Source of the DNA: Mytilus edulis
Lineage: Eukaryota
Assembly (NCBI RefSeq): GCF_963676685.1
Contig: NC_092355.1
Coordinates: 31,186,001 to 31,250,000 of the forward strand
Direction of reading: 5' to 3'
DNA length: 64,000 nucleotides
Shown: positions 11,290-23,400 of the stretch, piece after piece
Layout of the letters: each line of letters opens with the position of its first letter
Position numbering within the stretch: the first letter of the stretch is position 1
Notes under the pieces: generated by a model
Database searches by the model: none
Told to the model about the DNA's origin: nothing
Seen by the model: only the letters and a program-made list of their open reading frames with translations
Translations under genes and position numbers: made by a program

Positions 11290-13275
11290 GTAATGTGCTC
11301 TGGCCCGGAATAAATGTTAATAATGAATACCTGTATGAACAGCTTGTTCAAATAGTCGGAAAAGAAAGAGACATACGTCATAGACAACGGTTATTTCTGA
11401 TTAAAGATATAATAGAAAATATTATGGACATTTCTAATATACAGCGTATTACAAGTGGAAGTATATCCGAAGGACTTGATTTACCCGGCAGTGACCTTGA
11501 TATGATGTTTGTAATTGGTGTTGTAAAAGTAGTAAATATGTCAGAAAATATGAAATGTTCACGAAAATATACAAAACTGATGATGGAAACAGACCCCTTT
11601 TTTTGTATCCAGGGTTCACAAGACTGAAGTTAGCTGCAGTCGACTATCATTCTTCTTATCGTTTGATCAAAGATTCTCTAGTACAACGTTTGCAAACCAT
11701 CAGAAATGGTTTTTATGTATCAACCTATAAATTCGTTCAAAATATTCAACAAATAACGGAGTCAGTTGAAACGTTATTACACGGTCCATGTTTATCGGAT
11801 TTGTATGAGAAAATGGACGTTGCTTATTGTCTCCGTTGTAAATCATTCCAATACAATGCAAGCAATTGGGTAAATCGTCATAGAAAACATTGGCCACCTA
11901 GTGAAGTAATTGACACAATTGTGAAGAACGGCTGTTTGTTGGTACCTGTTGGACCTAAAACAATGACAAACGATCAATTGTTTTGGAGGTTATCTTTTTC
12001 TGTGGCAGAAAAACAACTGGTTCATTCGTTTAATTATACGCAATTATTATGTTACGGCCTTCTTAAATTAACATTGAAACACATCATTAACAAAAAACCT
12101 GGTGTAAAGGATTTGTTATGCTCCTACTTTCTAAAAACAACGCTCTTCTGGTTATCAGAGAAAGTGTCTATCGAGACATTTCAGTTAGCTAACATATTTA
12201 ACTGCTTTTTCTTGTGATTAGATACATTAAGATCGTTTGTTAACAATTGCTACTGTCCTAACTACTTTATACCTGAACAAAATATGTTTCAAGGAAAGGT
12301 CAATATGAGAAATAATAAGAGATTGCTAAGTATCCTTCACAGTATTGAACGTGGCGGAACAGCTGGACTGATATCTAATTTATTTTGCCTAGCACCAACT
12401 TTTATATGCAAATCTTCCACGCAGTTAGATTTTTTCTTTTATAAATATATCGCCGTATTAAAGTCTCAAACGCTTATAAATGACTGTTACCGAGGAATGA
12501 TTATTGCTAAATCTTTCCTTCAGAGTGAATCATCTATCTTTGTACGGGATGTATGCAAATGGTGGATCGACAGTCTCAATCATTTTGTGGTGCAACTACT
12601 TCCTCGTCCATTTGTGGGACAGAATGTCAAAAATAAACGGAATCGTTATCATAAACATTTACTGCAAAGTTTACAAACAGATGCTGTGAATGGTTGGTTG
12701 TTATACGCTTCGTTTTATTACGTAATTGGACAGTACAAAGTTACACTCCGAATTACAGATTATGTTTTATCAAAGTGTACACATGATAAGTTATATATAG
12801 GCTTTTTAACTTTTCCCCAAGATATAATAAATAACTATGCGAAAAATTTTGTACAAAAAACGTAACACTTAATGAAAAGGCGAAATTAGCGACTATAAAT
12901 CATTTTACATACTTGAAACGTTCATCTTTAATACCTTCGGAGCTAAGCCTGGAGGTGGAAAATAATGAATTGTATGTACCTCCTGTTGTTTTAACTCATT
13001 GTCTTAGAGTTTTGTGTTTCCATCATCTCGGTGAAACCTTCAATACACTACAAGCATGGCAGGATTTGAACTTAACTGTTAGAGAAATGTATTTCATCAC
13101 AAGCTGTCTAAAATCTGAAACATTAACAATTCTCGGTGTGTGCTGTGAGGTATCTGGGGATATTGATTCAGCTTGTTTGTGCTACGATGCAGTTTTACAA
13201 ACCCATAAAGGGACTAATTGTACAGCAGGCATTAGGAAAAAAGAACTCTTGAACAGACGGAATGTTAAACTCTAG
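11290..13275 (+). pseudogene. cGLR copy 1, main exon: Mab-21/cGAS-like nucleotidyltransferase plus TPR-like C-terminus (disrupted as assembled)
   Basis: Acceptor TTTTAG at 11289 is in phase with exon 1. Motifs [51 protein letters not shown] and CPNYFIPEQNMF. Frameshifts near 11600 and 12860; TGA at 12215-12217. Confidence 0.9.
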
Positions 13276-16200
13276 GAATAGTCGTTTTGTTAATGGATGT
13301 TTGCTTTAATGCACATTTTGAATGTATTTGTTTGTCAGGTCATTACAAATACTCTATTGTAATCATTGGTGTAATAAGAAAAATCACATACAAAAATCAC
13401 TAGATTAATTGTTGTTTAAATGCAGAGTTATAGTAGATATAATTAAGAAATTAGTGAGAAAACGAATAAGGTTCAACAGATCATCACTGGACAACGGGAA
13501 AATGTTTCCATGCATGGGAGGAACTAAATCTTTAATGTATAATAATATTTCAGAAAGTTAAAAATTTTAGTATTGTGTGTTCCCATATAAGATGCCAAAA
13601 AACAAACTAAGTTCGGAAAAGATTTGAGATATTCTTCTCTGTAATAATTGAATTGAATAAGTGAACTAACTTATAATATTGATTGTCATGGGCAAAAAAG
13701 AAACAAGAGATATTTGAACATAGTGGGTGATTTAAACTATCCAAAATGAGAGCGGAACGTATCAAATACAAATCAAGTGATTATTTCTTTTCACAGCTGA
13801 CGTGTATGTAACCAATTGAAGGTTACGTACAACCATTAGCAATAAGCATTACTCATCTTATTTTGACGGCTCTAAATGGCCAGAGGATGACAAAATAAAG
13901 GACAATAAAAAAGAGAATATCTACGATCTGATGTATGATAAGACATTAAATAAAAGATATGATAGACATTAAGCGAAAACAACTGAAACGCAAGAACCTA
14001 ACTTGGAACAGGCAATACAATTGCAAATTTGGAGGGGTTAAAAATATTTTCGAGCGCTTTGACATTTTGAGATATTATGTCTGTTTGTTTAGTTCACACA
14101 TCGTTGTCAATATAATGGAATTTGGTGCATGCAAATGGAGGGTTTAGCTAGCTCAAACAACTAGGTTTAATATAACATTGTCTACATAAGAACATGCCGG
14201 TACAAGTCAGGAATATGACAGTTGTCATCAATTCGTTTGGTGTGGTTTTGAGCTTTTAATTGTGTGATTTGATTAGGGTCTTTTTTTTGGAATTTTCCTC
14301 GAAGTTCAGTTTTTTTTGTATTTTATTTAAACAAGAATCAGTGGGTGTAAAAGCACAACATTTAAACAATCTGCAAACATCATTAGCAAAGTGCTTTACT
14401 CATTACATCTGACACTACGCACAATACTAAAAATAAGACAGAAGAAACAACAAACGAGTACTCCTAGTCACTGAAAGCTATTTAAAAGACAATTATAGCT
14501 CACGAACAGATCATGTTTTCCCACACTCAAATTGAAACCAATACAAATTCAACTTCTTAAGATGGCATCATTTGTTCATACATGTAAAATCAGTAACCCC
14601 TTCCCTTTTACACCGGTACAGCCTACAGGTAAAGCCAATTTTAAGATATTTTGGGGGCATTTAGACTTGTGCCATCGCAATTTTCTGACGTACAGATGTG
14701 GTAAAGGACTCAAATTAATCCTCAGATAACCAGCAATGGGATGTAATGTGCATCAAACTTCTATCATTATCAGTTTATAGTCAAGTACACTAACGTGTAC
14801 TCATGTGTACTTTTTATGTACAAACCATTTATTTTTCTTCGAATTTATAGAATATTTTCAAAAAGAAGTGCAAAGAAAACTGCTCTTTCTAGGAGAATTA
14901 TGATTTTTTTCAATTACTGTGCAGTGAGTTTTTGAAGAATAGTATTTAACTAATGGTTCTAACTTGTACACTAGTAAAAATTGTATTTTTCGCGGATTAT
15001 TCAATGTGAAGAGTCAAAATTAAAATTTATGGTTCAATAAATTCAAAATAAACAATAGCCATTCATAAATTATAGGTTCAAAAATATGATTTCATCTTAT
15101 TTAACTGTATTACAATACATTTTTATGAATCGAATCAGTCACTCAAATAGTTTCTCCTTGTTTGACATGCTTCACATGCAATGTTGACATTATTTCCCTT
15201 TCAATAGATGAACACGTATAGTTCGTGCTTACCCATTATCTCTAGATAAGGGGTTATGGTTAAATTATTGACTTGCAAGTGAGATAATACATCAGCGATG
15301 TTTCACCAATTTTACAAAAAATACAAACTGTCTGATTTAAGCGACTAACTTGTTTACTGATTATACTTTATTTTATTACTTATACTTATTACTTTCAGTA
15401 ATGATTGAAAAGATAAAAGTTAAAAAAAATTTCAAACATATTATCATTATATCTCGTAGCTTATGTACTTTTAAAACCCGGTGTTTTCATACCTAAGGAT
15501 ATTTTGTATAACATGTATAATACAAATAGGTGCCCAGCAACCAGCATTAATCAAGTTATATTTCATAATGTGAATTAAATAGCGGTTTCAAATACTGTAT
15601 ATCCATCTTGTAACTTGCTGCATTCCTGAAATGCTGTATATCCGCCGATTTAATGACAAAATGGGGAGGTTAAATTTTCACTGTGTACAATATTCGCTGA
15701 ATTGGAAAATACAAATGACAAAATCACTGCGAAAACCATACTTATGCTTTCATCCGTTAAAATGTGATTTAGGTTAAAAAAAAATATTGCAACATATTTT
15801 ATATCTTTAAACAACAATAATAAGACATCGTTGATAATCATTATTAACATGTCACTGGCTCCTACATGTGCTATGTTGTCAAACGATATGATATATATGA
15901 TTACCCAATTAAAATATTATAAAAACATATATCTAAATCAATTTTGCACACACTTGTGATCTGACGATAAACACACACAAGACTCATTTTATATGTAATT
16001 TAGCACGTTTCACCTTTAGTTAGAAATGAGTTTACATATGACTTTTGTTTAACTCGGTTACCGTAATTAATAATTCTATGTATAAAACATTTAAATATCT
16101 ATACATCTTATAACATGAAGAAAATTTACGTAGGGTCAAAAATTTGTGTTTTGTTTGGTTCCGAACAAAGCGAAATCAAAAACCCGATATTCGGTATCAG

Positions 16201-17385
16201 TACATTAGTTAACTGAGAATGACTTGATAATGCAAATGAATACTGTATTGGAACCCAATTTTACAAAATGTTGGCCGCAGCCGAATTTGACCATTTTTGT
16301 ACTTTATAATGTATATAATTTCAAAATTAGGTGAAAATTCAAACAAAATTGCAGCAAGAATTTTTTTTAGCAAAACTTGTTTTATATGACGATTCTGAAA
16401 CTCGGTAAAGGAATTACATGAATAGTAATAACTTTCGTGTTTGAACATGCCATTGTTTTAAACAACTTATCTGCATTTAAAACGTATTTAATCTAGATCA
16501 AATAAACTTGTATTTATAACTAAGATTGCATTGTTTACAAATTCCTCTGTTTTAGTTGTACGATAGGTAATGCAAACACAACATGCACAATGAAGGATAT
16601 TTTTGGTACTTTTTATCATTAGATACAGATTATATCAGTTGATTCTTTGTTTTGTTCATAGAAACGTAAGAATGTACTAATCAAAGATAGCACGAAGTCG
16701 GTTTTTTTTTATTATTTTACATGTTGTTGAAAACAATAAACTAAGTTATCACTGACACGTGTGATTGTCAAGTCACCATCACCCTATCGGCTGTGTTGAT
16801 TTTTGCATGTTGATAAGTTACAAAAAAAGCATTTAAAAGAGTGTTTTTGGAGGTGTATAATCATATAATCCCGATTAAAGTAAAGTCTTCTCATAATCGT
16901 AAGTATGTGAATGTAATAATATAATTGTATGAACATTAACATTGTTAGGTGATAAATCTTTGATTCACATTCGGTACGAGGTATTTGTTCGTGTACTTTA
17001 TTCCATGTTTTGTCTAGGACTTCGTCCCCTTTCAAACAAGTATAATCGTGTTGTTACTTATGTGTGCATTAATACTTTCAAATCTGAAAATAATTATAAT
17101 TTTCAAGTAAAAATTGGCGAAATTAAAAGTAATATCTATAACGGTAACCGTAAGTTAGAAGGAACAGTTATTGAAGCGATTAAATTGTTGAGTGTTTATC
17201 ATCAATGTTTCAACACTAAAGAAATTTAAAAAAACTCACGTGTAAAATCACGTTTTTTTTAACAAACATGTCGTAATTACTTAATACATTTTATCATTTT
17301 ACTTCTCAAAATCATTCTCGTATACCAGGGAATACAACAATCGCAACTTTGTAATCAGTATGTTTTATTTGATTTCAGTTCTGCA

Positions 17386-17449
17386 ATGAAGTGTATGTAC
17401 TGTTTGTTTGGCTTGTTTCTTTTGGTTTTGATTGTATCATCCTCTGCTG
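17386..17449 (+). CDS. Secreted protein exon 1 (signal peptide MKCMYCLFGLFLLVLIVSSSA)
   Basis: Acceptor TTTCAG at 17378 upstream of the ATG; hydrophobic core ending in SSA; donor G|GTAAGC. Confidence 0.8.
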
Positions 17450-20400
17450 GTAAGCAAGCAAGTTATATTGAAACACAAACTATTTATAACTGGACATCTC
17501 TTTGTATAATTGATAACAATTTTTTAACCGCTATTTGATATCATTGGTAAAAGTGAGGAGCTATGTGCATGATATACAAATATGACATACTGCTTGCAGT
17601 AAACAGCTTGTTATATCCTCAATGTTACCAATTAAAAATAACATGTTTAATTGCATCATCATAAATGTAATAATCCCTGATCGCTTTTGATAACGGGTGC
17701 AAAATCTGTTCATCCTCCGATTTACAGATGATCACCCAAGTGGTGTAGGGGGGGGGGAGTCGATGTCCTCAATCTTTAGTCTTTAAACTTCTATGTTTTG
17801 AATGAAAAACTGTTGTTTGTCTTTTTGTCGATATTCGTATGTTCACTGGATTTGTCAGTGTGTTTTTGACATACGAATTTAAATATTTTACACAACATCA
17901 ATATGAAGCGGAAACATTGTTCTAAGAGAATTTGAATAGAAATGGTTGTTTTTGGAGATAAATTAGTATATTCTTTCTTATTTCATGAAAAAAGTCATCA
18001 ATAGCGCGCTGCGTTACTTCGATTAAGTCGGTTATTGAATTTACTGTTTTCAAATTGAGCTGTTTTTGTTTTGTACTCTGTCTTCCTTTTGTATATTCTA
18101 CTGCATTTGAATGTAGTAAGACGTAAGTTTTCACATTTACCTTAATTTTGATTGTATACAATTTGATCATATATATTTAAAAAAAACCCAGTCATTATAA
18201 AAAAGGAAGATATGATATAATTGCCATTGAGAAAACTCTCCACAAGAGACCAAAATGACACAGAAATTACCAACTATAGGTCACCATACAGCCTTCAGCA
18301 ATGAACAAAGCCCATACTGCATAGTCAGCTATAAAAGGTCCCGAAATAGAAACAAATTCAAACGACCTAATTCATTCATTACTCTTGTTGTGGTTCCGCA
18401 CGATATAGTTTAAAAGCTGTCATTGATTAGAGTGCTATAGGTATTTAGAAAAGTTTAAATGAAACATTATTTGAAGTATCAATACATGAACAATTATTTT
18501 AATCATATTTGTGATCATTTGATATGAACATGATTGATGATTTGTGATTTAAAATAAAATTCCATTATACAATAAACACAAGCATAACTAGAGTGTTTAT
18601 CAGGGCCCTATATGACTGACGCCCTGTGTGCACTCCGCAGCATGATCTTGTTAATGCAATGATTTCAAAATTTTTTAATTTTATTTCATTGATATTTGGT
18701 ATGGAGTTTACTTTAAGACAAGTTATGATGAGCAGTTTTCAACAATGACCTTATAGTAATTTTACGAGAAGTGTCGTTAGAAAATCTATATTATACTTAT
18801 ATATTACCTTATAGAAAAAAAAACCACATCCGTTTGGTATCATTGTGACAGTGCCTGAGCAAAAAGTTGATGAACCTTGGGTATGTCACAGAACGTCTCG
18901 TCCTTTTTCTTTAAAAGTTCATTGGAAGGTACAAAGACCTTGTTGATAAATATTCCAATATCATTTTTACAAATACTACACGATGGTCTTGAAGTATAGA
19001 TTCTTGGTACTGACGTTGTTTATCGTCTGAATAACGTATTGTATTTTTTTAGTGATATCCATTTGACGTGGCTCTGTAATTATACATCCCGGCATTGTGC
19101 TATTATTCTATGATACCATTGTTGTATTCTGGTCTTTCTTTTTTGCTAATGTGATTTGTCTATATGCCTCTTTGTGTTTTCTTTGTTACATATATGACGT
19201 AGCTTTGTACTTATAAATCCTGCCATAATGTTATTGTGTTTTAGTAAAATTTTGTATCCTTGTCTCTCCTTTTTTGCTTATGTGCTTTGTCTATATGCGC
19301 TTTGTGCTTCTTTTGCAAATATCCGTTGTTTTTTTTGGTGATTCAGATTATAACACAATATTGACTGTTGTACCCCTATTTTTGTCACTTTTATCTCTTG
19401 TGTCTGTTTTGTTTGTTCACACAACATTGTCAATATAATGGAGTTTTAAACGACTGTCGTGCAAGTGAGAGGCCTCGCTAGCTATAAAACCCGGTTTCAT
19501 TCACCAATTTCTGCATCAGAAAATGCCTGTACCAAGTCAGAAATATGACAGTAGTTAATCATCCGTTCGTTTGATGTGCTTGAGTTTTTGATTTTGTCAT
19601 TCGATCAGAGACTTTCAGATTTGAATTTTCCTCGTAGTTCAGTATTTTTGTGATTTTACTTTTTTTTTTATACAACTTGTATTTGAAAGCAGTGGTCATA
19701 ATAATATTGAAATAGTTGATAAGAATGGCTTAATTTTGTAAGTAATTAAAAAACGGGGTATTATAAAACCATGCATCATTGGCGGAGATTTCTCTTTTCT
19801 GGTACAAACTTCACGAATTCTCCACACGATTTTTGTGGAATTTCAAATATGTTGATATAAATTATTTTGGCTGCCTTTGCATGTTTGTTCCCTAGTAGAG
19901 GTTCGTTATTCCATCTCTTTGTTCAGAACTGGACAATTTTATTTCATTTCAATGAAAGTGAATAATCAAATTACATTGAACGTAAGGCAAAGTTTTGTAA
20001 ATAAACTCATCATAGATACAAGGATTATATTTTGTATTTACGCCAGACGCGCGTTTCGTCTACAAAAGATACATCAGTGACGCTCGAATACAAAAAAATT
20101 CCTAAAAGTTTTGCCAAATACAGCTAAGGTGATCTATTCCTGGGATAGAAAAGCCTTAGTACTTTGAAAATTCAAAAGTTTTGATACAGTTTGATTTTAC
20201 AAATATGACCATATCAATGATAATTCATGTCAGCATAACGTGCTCACTACTGGGCTGGTGTTATGTTCAAAATGGAGCATTTTATACAAAGGAGTAGGTC
20301 CGGTAAGGCTCCTTTTTGGCCCAAAAATATAACAGTTTTACAAAATTGTTAAAATGTAAACTTTTAGTTATTTATTGGACAGATGAATGCTTCTGCTACA

Positions 20401-23400
20401 TAAATATGGGCTGTTTTTGACAATACAATGCACTTATATCAGGTTGTAGCACCATCAAGTCATGCTAAATTACTGAAATCTTTAAAATTCTATCATTTTA
20501 GTGAAATTTTAGACGGTTTCCGTGTAAAACGAAAGTGGCCGCATTCGTGTTCATCCTTAATATTGCAATGTAAGTTGTATTTTATGATAATACATAACAT
20601 ATATAAAGGTTGTGGATAAACAAGGATGCGGCCACTTTCATTTTTGACAAAAACAATCTGAAAAGTGACGTTTTTTGGCATATTTGAGAGATTTTTCATA
20701 TTTGAGCTTCAATCGGATCGTTTTTAATGACTTAATCAGTTAAAATCTTTCACACAAACTAATTGAATCAAGTGAAATAGACACTTAAGTGTTTAAAAAG
20801 TGGTAAAAATCTTTCGTCAGATGAAACTGAAATTTGAGGCCAAAATGAGTCCTTACCGGACCTACTCCTTTAGACTAAGTTCAGCCCCAGAAAATAATTT
20901 AGAGTGGGGTGCCCATTTTCGCCGGGGACACAATTTCGCCGTTTAAGGATTTTGAGGTGTAAAAACTTCAAAGGATGGCTGAAATGGAAGAAATGTACCC
21001 GTAAATTATATTTTTATAACAAATATAATATTTTTTTAAACTGAGACAAAATTGCGGCTCCTACCGAAAATGACCGAAAAACGGACAACGATTTTCGGAC
21101 AATTTCCTGAATAAAAAACACGATTTCAAACAAGTATTTCTAAGTTAATATTTGACTGAATGCCGTAATTTTGAATTCTTTATACCTTTTAAATGTCTGC
21201 TATTCATCTATAATGCAATTGATTTGATTAAAATTGTTAAAAGCTGCGGTTATTTGGTTTTAAATATATGTGTAAAAACGGCGAATATGGGTCCCCCATT
21301 GACAAAACATCCGGAAATTTCAAACACCCTGTAATCTAACTTTTCAGATGATTTCCTTAAAACAAACCGGTTTTCAAGCTTAAGTATATTTTGCATTTGA
21401 AGTTATCTTCATATAGAAATATCAGTATACTTCAAAAACATTTAGACCTGAACATAAACTGTAGAAAACATGGAAAGATGTGGCGAAAATGAGCACCCCT
21501 CTCTATAGGTGTTTGAAATAACTGTTACGGCCAGAGACACAAATCAATAATAATATTTAACAAGATTCATGATACAAAAGTTTACAAGAAGTATTACAAA
21601 TATCACTGTCAACTTAACTGTCAAAATATGAGTCCAATCTTTTATTTTTATCTGTATCCGGAAATCTTCACGGGAATCTAATCAGAATATCATATCCACT
21701 ACTAAGGTCACAATCTAGTATGATGTTGTTAGTAGAATAAAAGTGTCAATACAAATGCTGTGAATACTAATGTCTATCGATGTCTATGTCTGAAACTTTA
21801 ACTTTAGTGTCTGTATATATATGGTTGTCACGGAAATTTCTAGAACACTGTGGAAAAGGAAAGTACTAGTAAACTACAACGGAAATTTCTGGAAAAATGT
21901 AGAACTTTAAATAACGCATCTCTTGTTAGGATCATTCTTCAATCGTTATGTAAGTCAAATGGAAAGTTCCAATCATTCCATCAGTATCTGTGTTTGTTCC
22001 AGTGACTTTTAAACTGCACAGTTATAAGATTATTTTGTAAACAACTATCAGGGCACACAACACAAATTAGGCCAACATATATAAATATAATAATTACAAT
22101 ATCACAACATAAAATATATGTTATTAATAATGTTCAATTCAATTTGAAGTCTAGTGTGGACTATGTTGATGATATTGAAAGAATATGTCCTGCAAAGAAA
22201 CAATAACTGGATCATCTATAATTTCCAAAAGATGACGGTGCATTGGGCACTTAATTATCACGTTTTCTACAATATTTGTACTTACGATTGGTGGTTAACG
22301 TATCATGAATATGCAGATTATCCTATTGTTTTGTTAATATACATTGTGGTTAAGAATGTTCTAATTTGATCGTTGATAAGCATTTTCTCTTCAAATCATT
22401 ATGAACCACATCATCCTAGTTTATTTCAAAAATTTAAACAAAAATACATATTATACTTCTTTTTGAGAATGGTAATACATAAACTTATATATTGTTCTTA
22501 AAGAAATCAACTGGCAAAAGGAAGCAGGAGATGAAAAAAATAATATCGGTCAGGAACCAAAACTGGAAAGGTAATAATTAATGTTGACATACACCAAAAT
22601 ACTGAAGTTTTGTGAATTCTTAATTAAAAAAAAAACAAGACATATTTTAGTTGGAGCACTGTACATGTTTACCTACATTTTTTTGTAACTCTCATCCGCG
22701 ATAAATCAAATATATCTATTATACTAAAATAACGATGTCAATTTGTCAGCCGTCATCTGGTAAAAACGACAATTTAAAGAATTCTACATAATTAATATTG
22801 CCATTAATTAACAAGTTCCGGTCTAATCCGATACCGATACCAATAATATATTCACCTGTTACCTATTACCTTATCTGTATGTTCCGCATCTGACAGGCAC
22901 ACCACCAAACGGTGTATTTACGATTTTCCTATATACACGGGTCATAATCACAGGATTGACACTACTAAATTCAATCATTGTCAAATTGATCGCTATTGTA
23001 GTATTTTAATCAGTAAGACTTTTTAAGATGGCCATGCGAATACTAAAAATCTGGACTTTAAATAAGGCGTATAGGCACAGTTTTGAATTTGTTATCGGGC
23101 ATAACGCAAAACAGCGAATCAAAGAATTCAACTTTATTTATAACTAATATAGGACAATGATGTTGATTAAAAATATTCCATTCCAGGTCCTTTTGTTTTC
23201 CAAATAATCAATATTACCAATGATTGGTAAGTTCCAGGTCGACGGGTTCAAACAGAAAGATTTAGAAAGCAGATAAAACTGTGCATCTTATAATCGGCAT
23301 GACTTTATCAGCTGACAATATCAATACTAAAATAAGGCTTACGCATAGTTGTTTACTTTAATTCAGTCACGGACCCGCGAAATCATGGGTGTGTTCTAGT

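Noticed and set aside
12215-12217. TGA at a conserved Cys position read as selenocysteine
   Set aside because: I could not fold a convincing SECIS in the 3' region, and the paralogs show ordinary nonsense decay. A single transversion is the simpler explanation.
22150-22240. Extra exon of the secreted-protein gene
   Set aside because: Splice sites are weak and the most protein-like frame has stops. The gene is complete and in phase without it.
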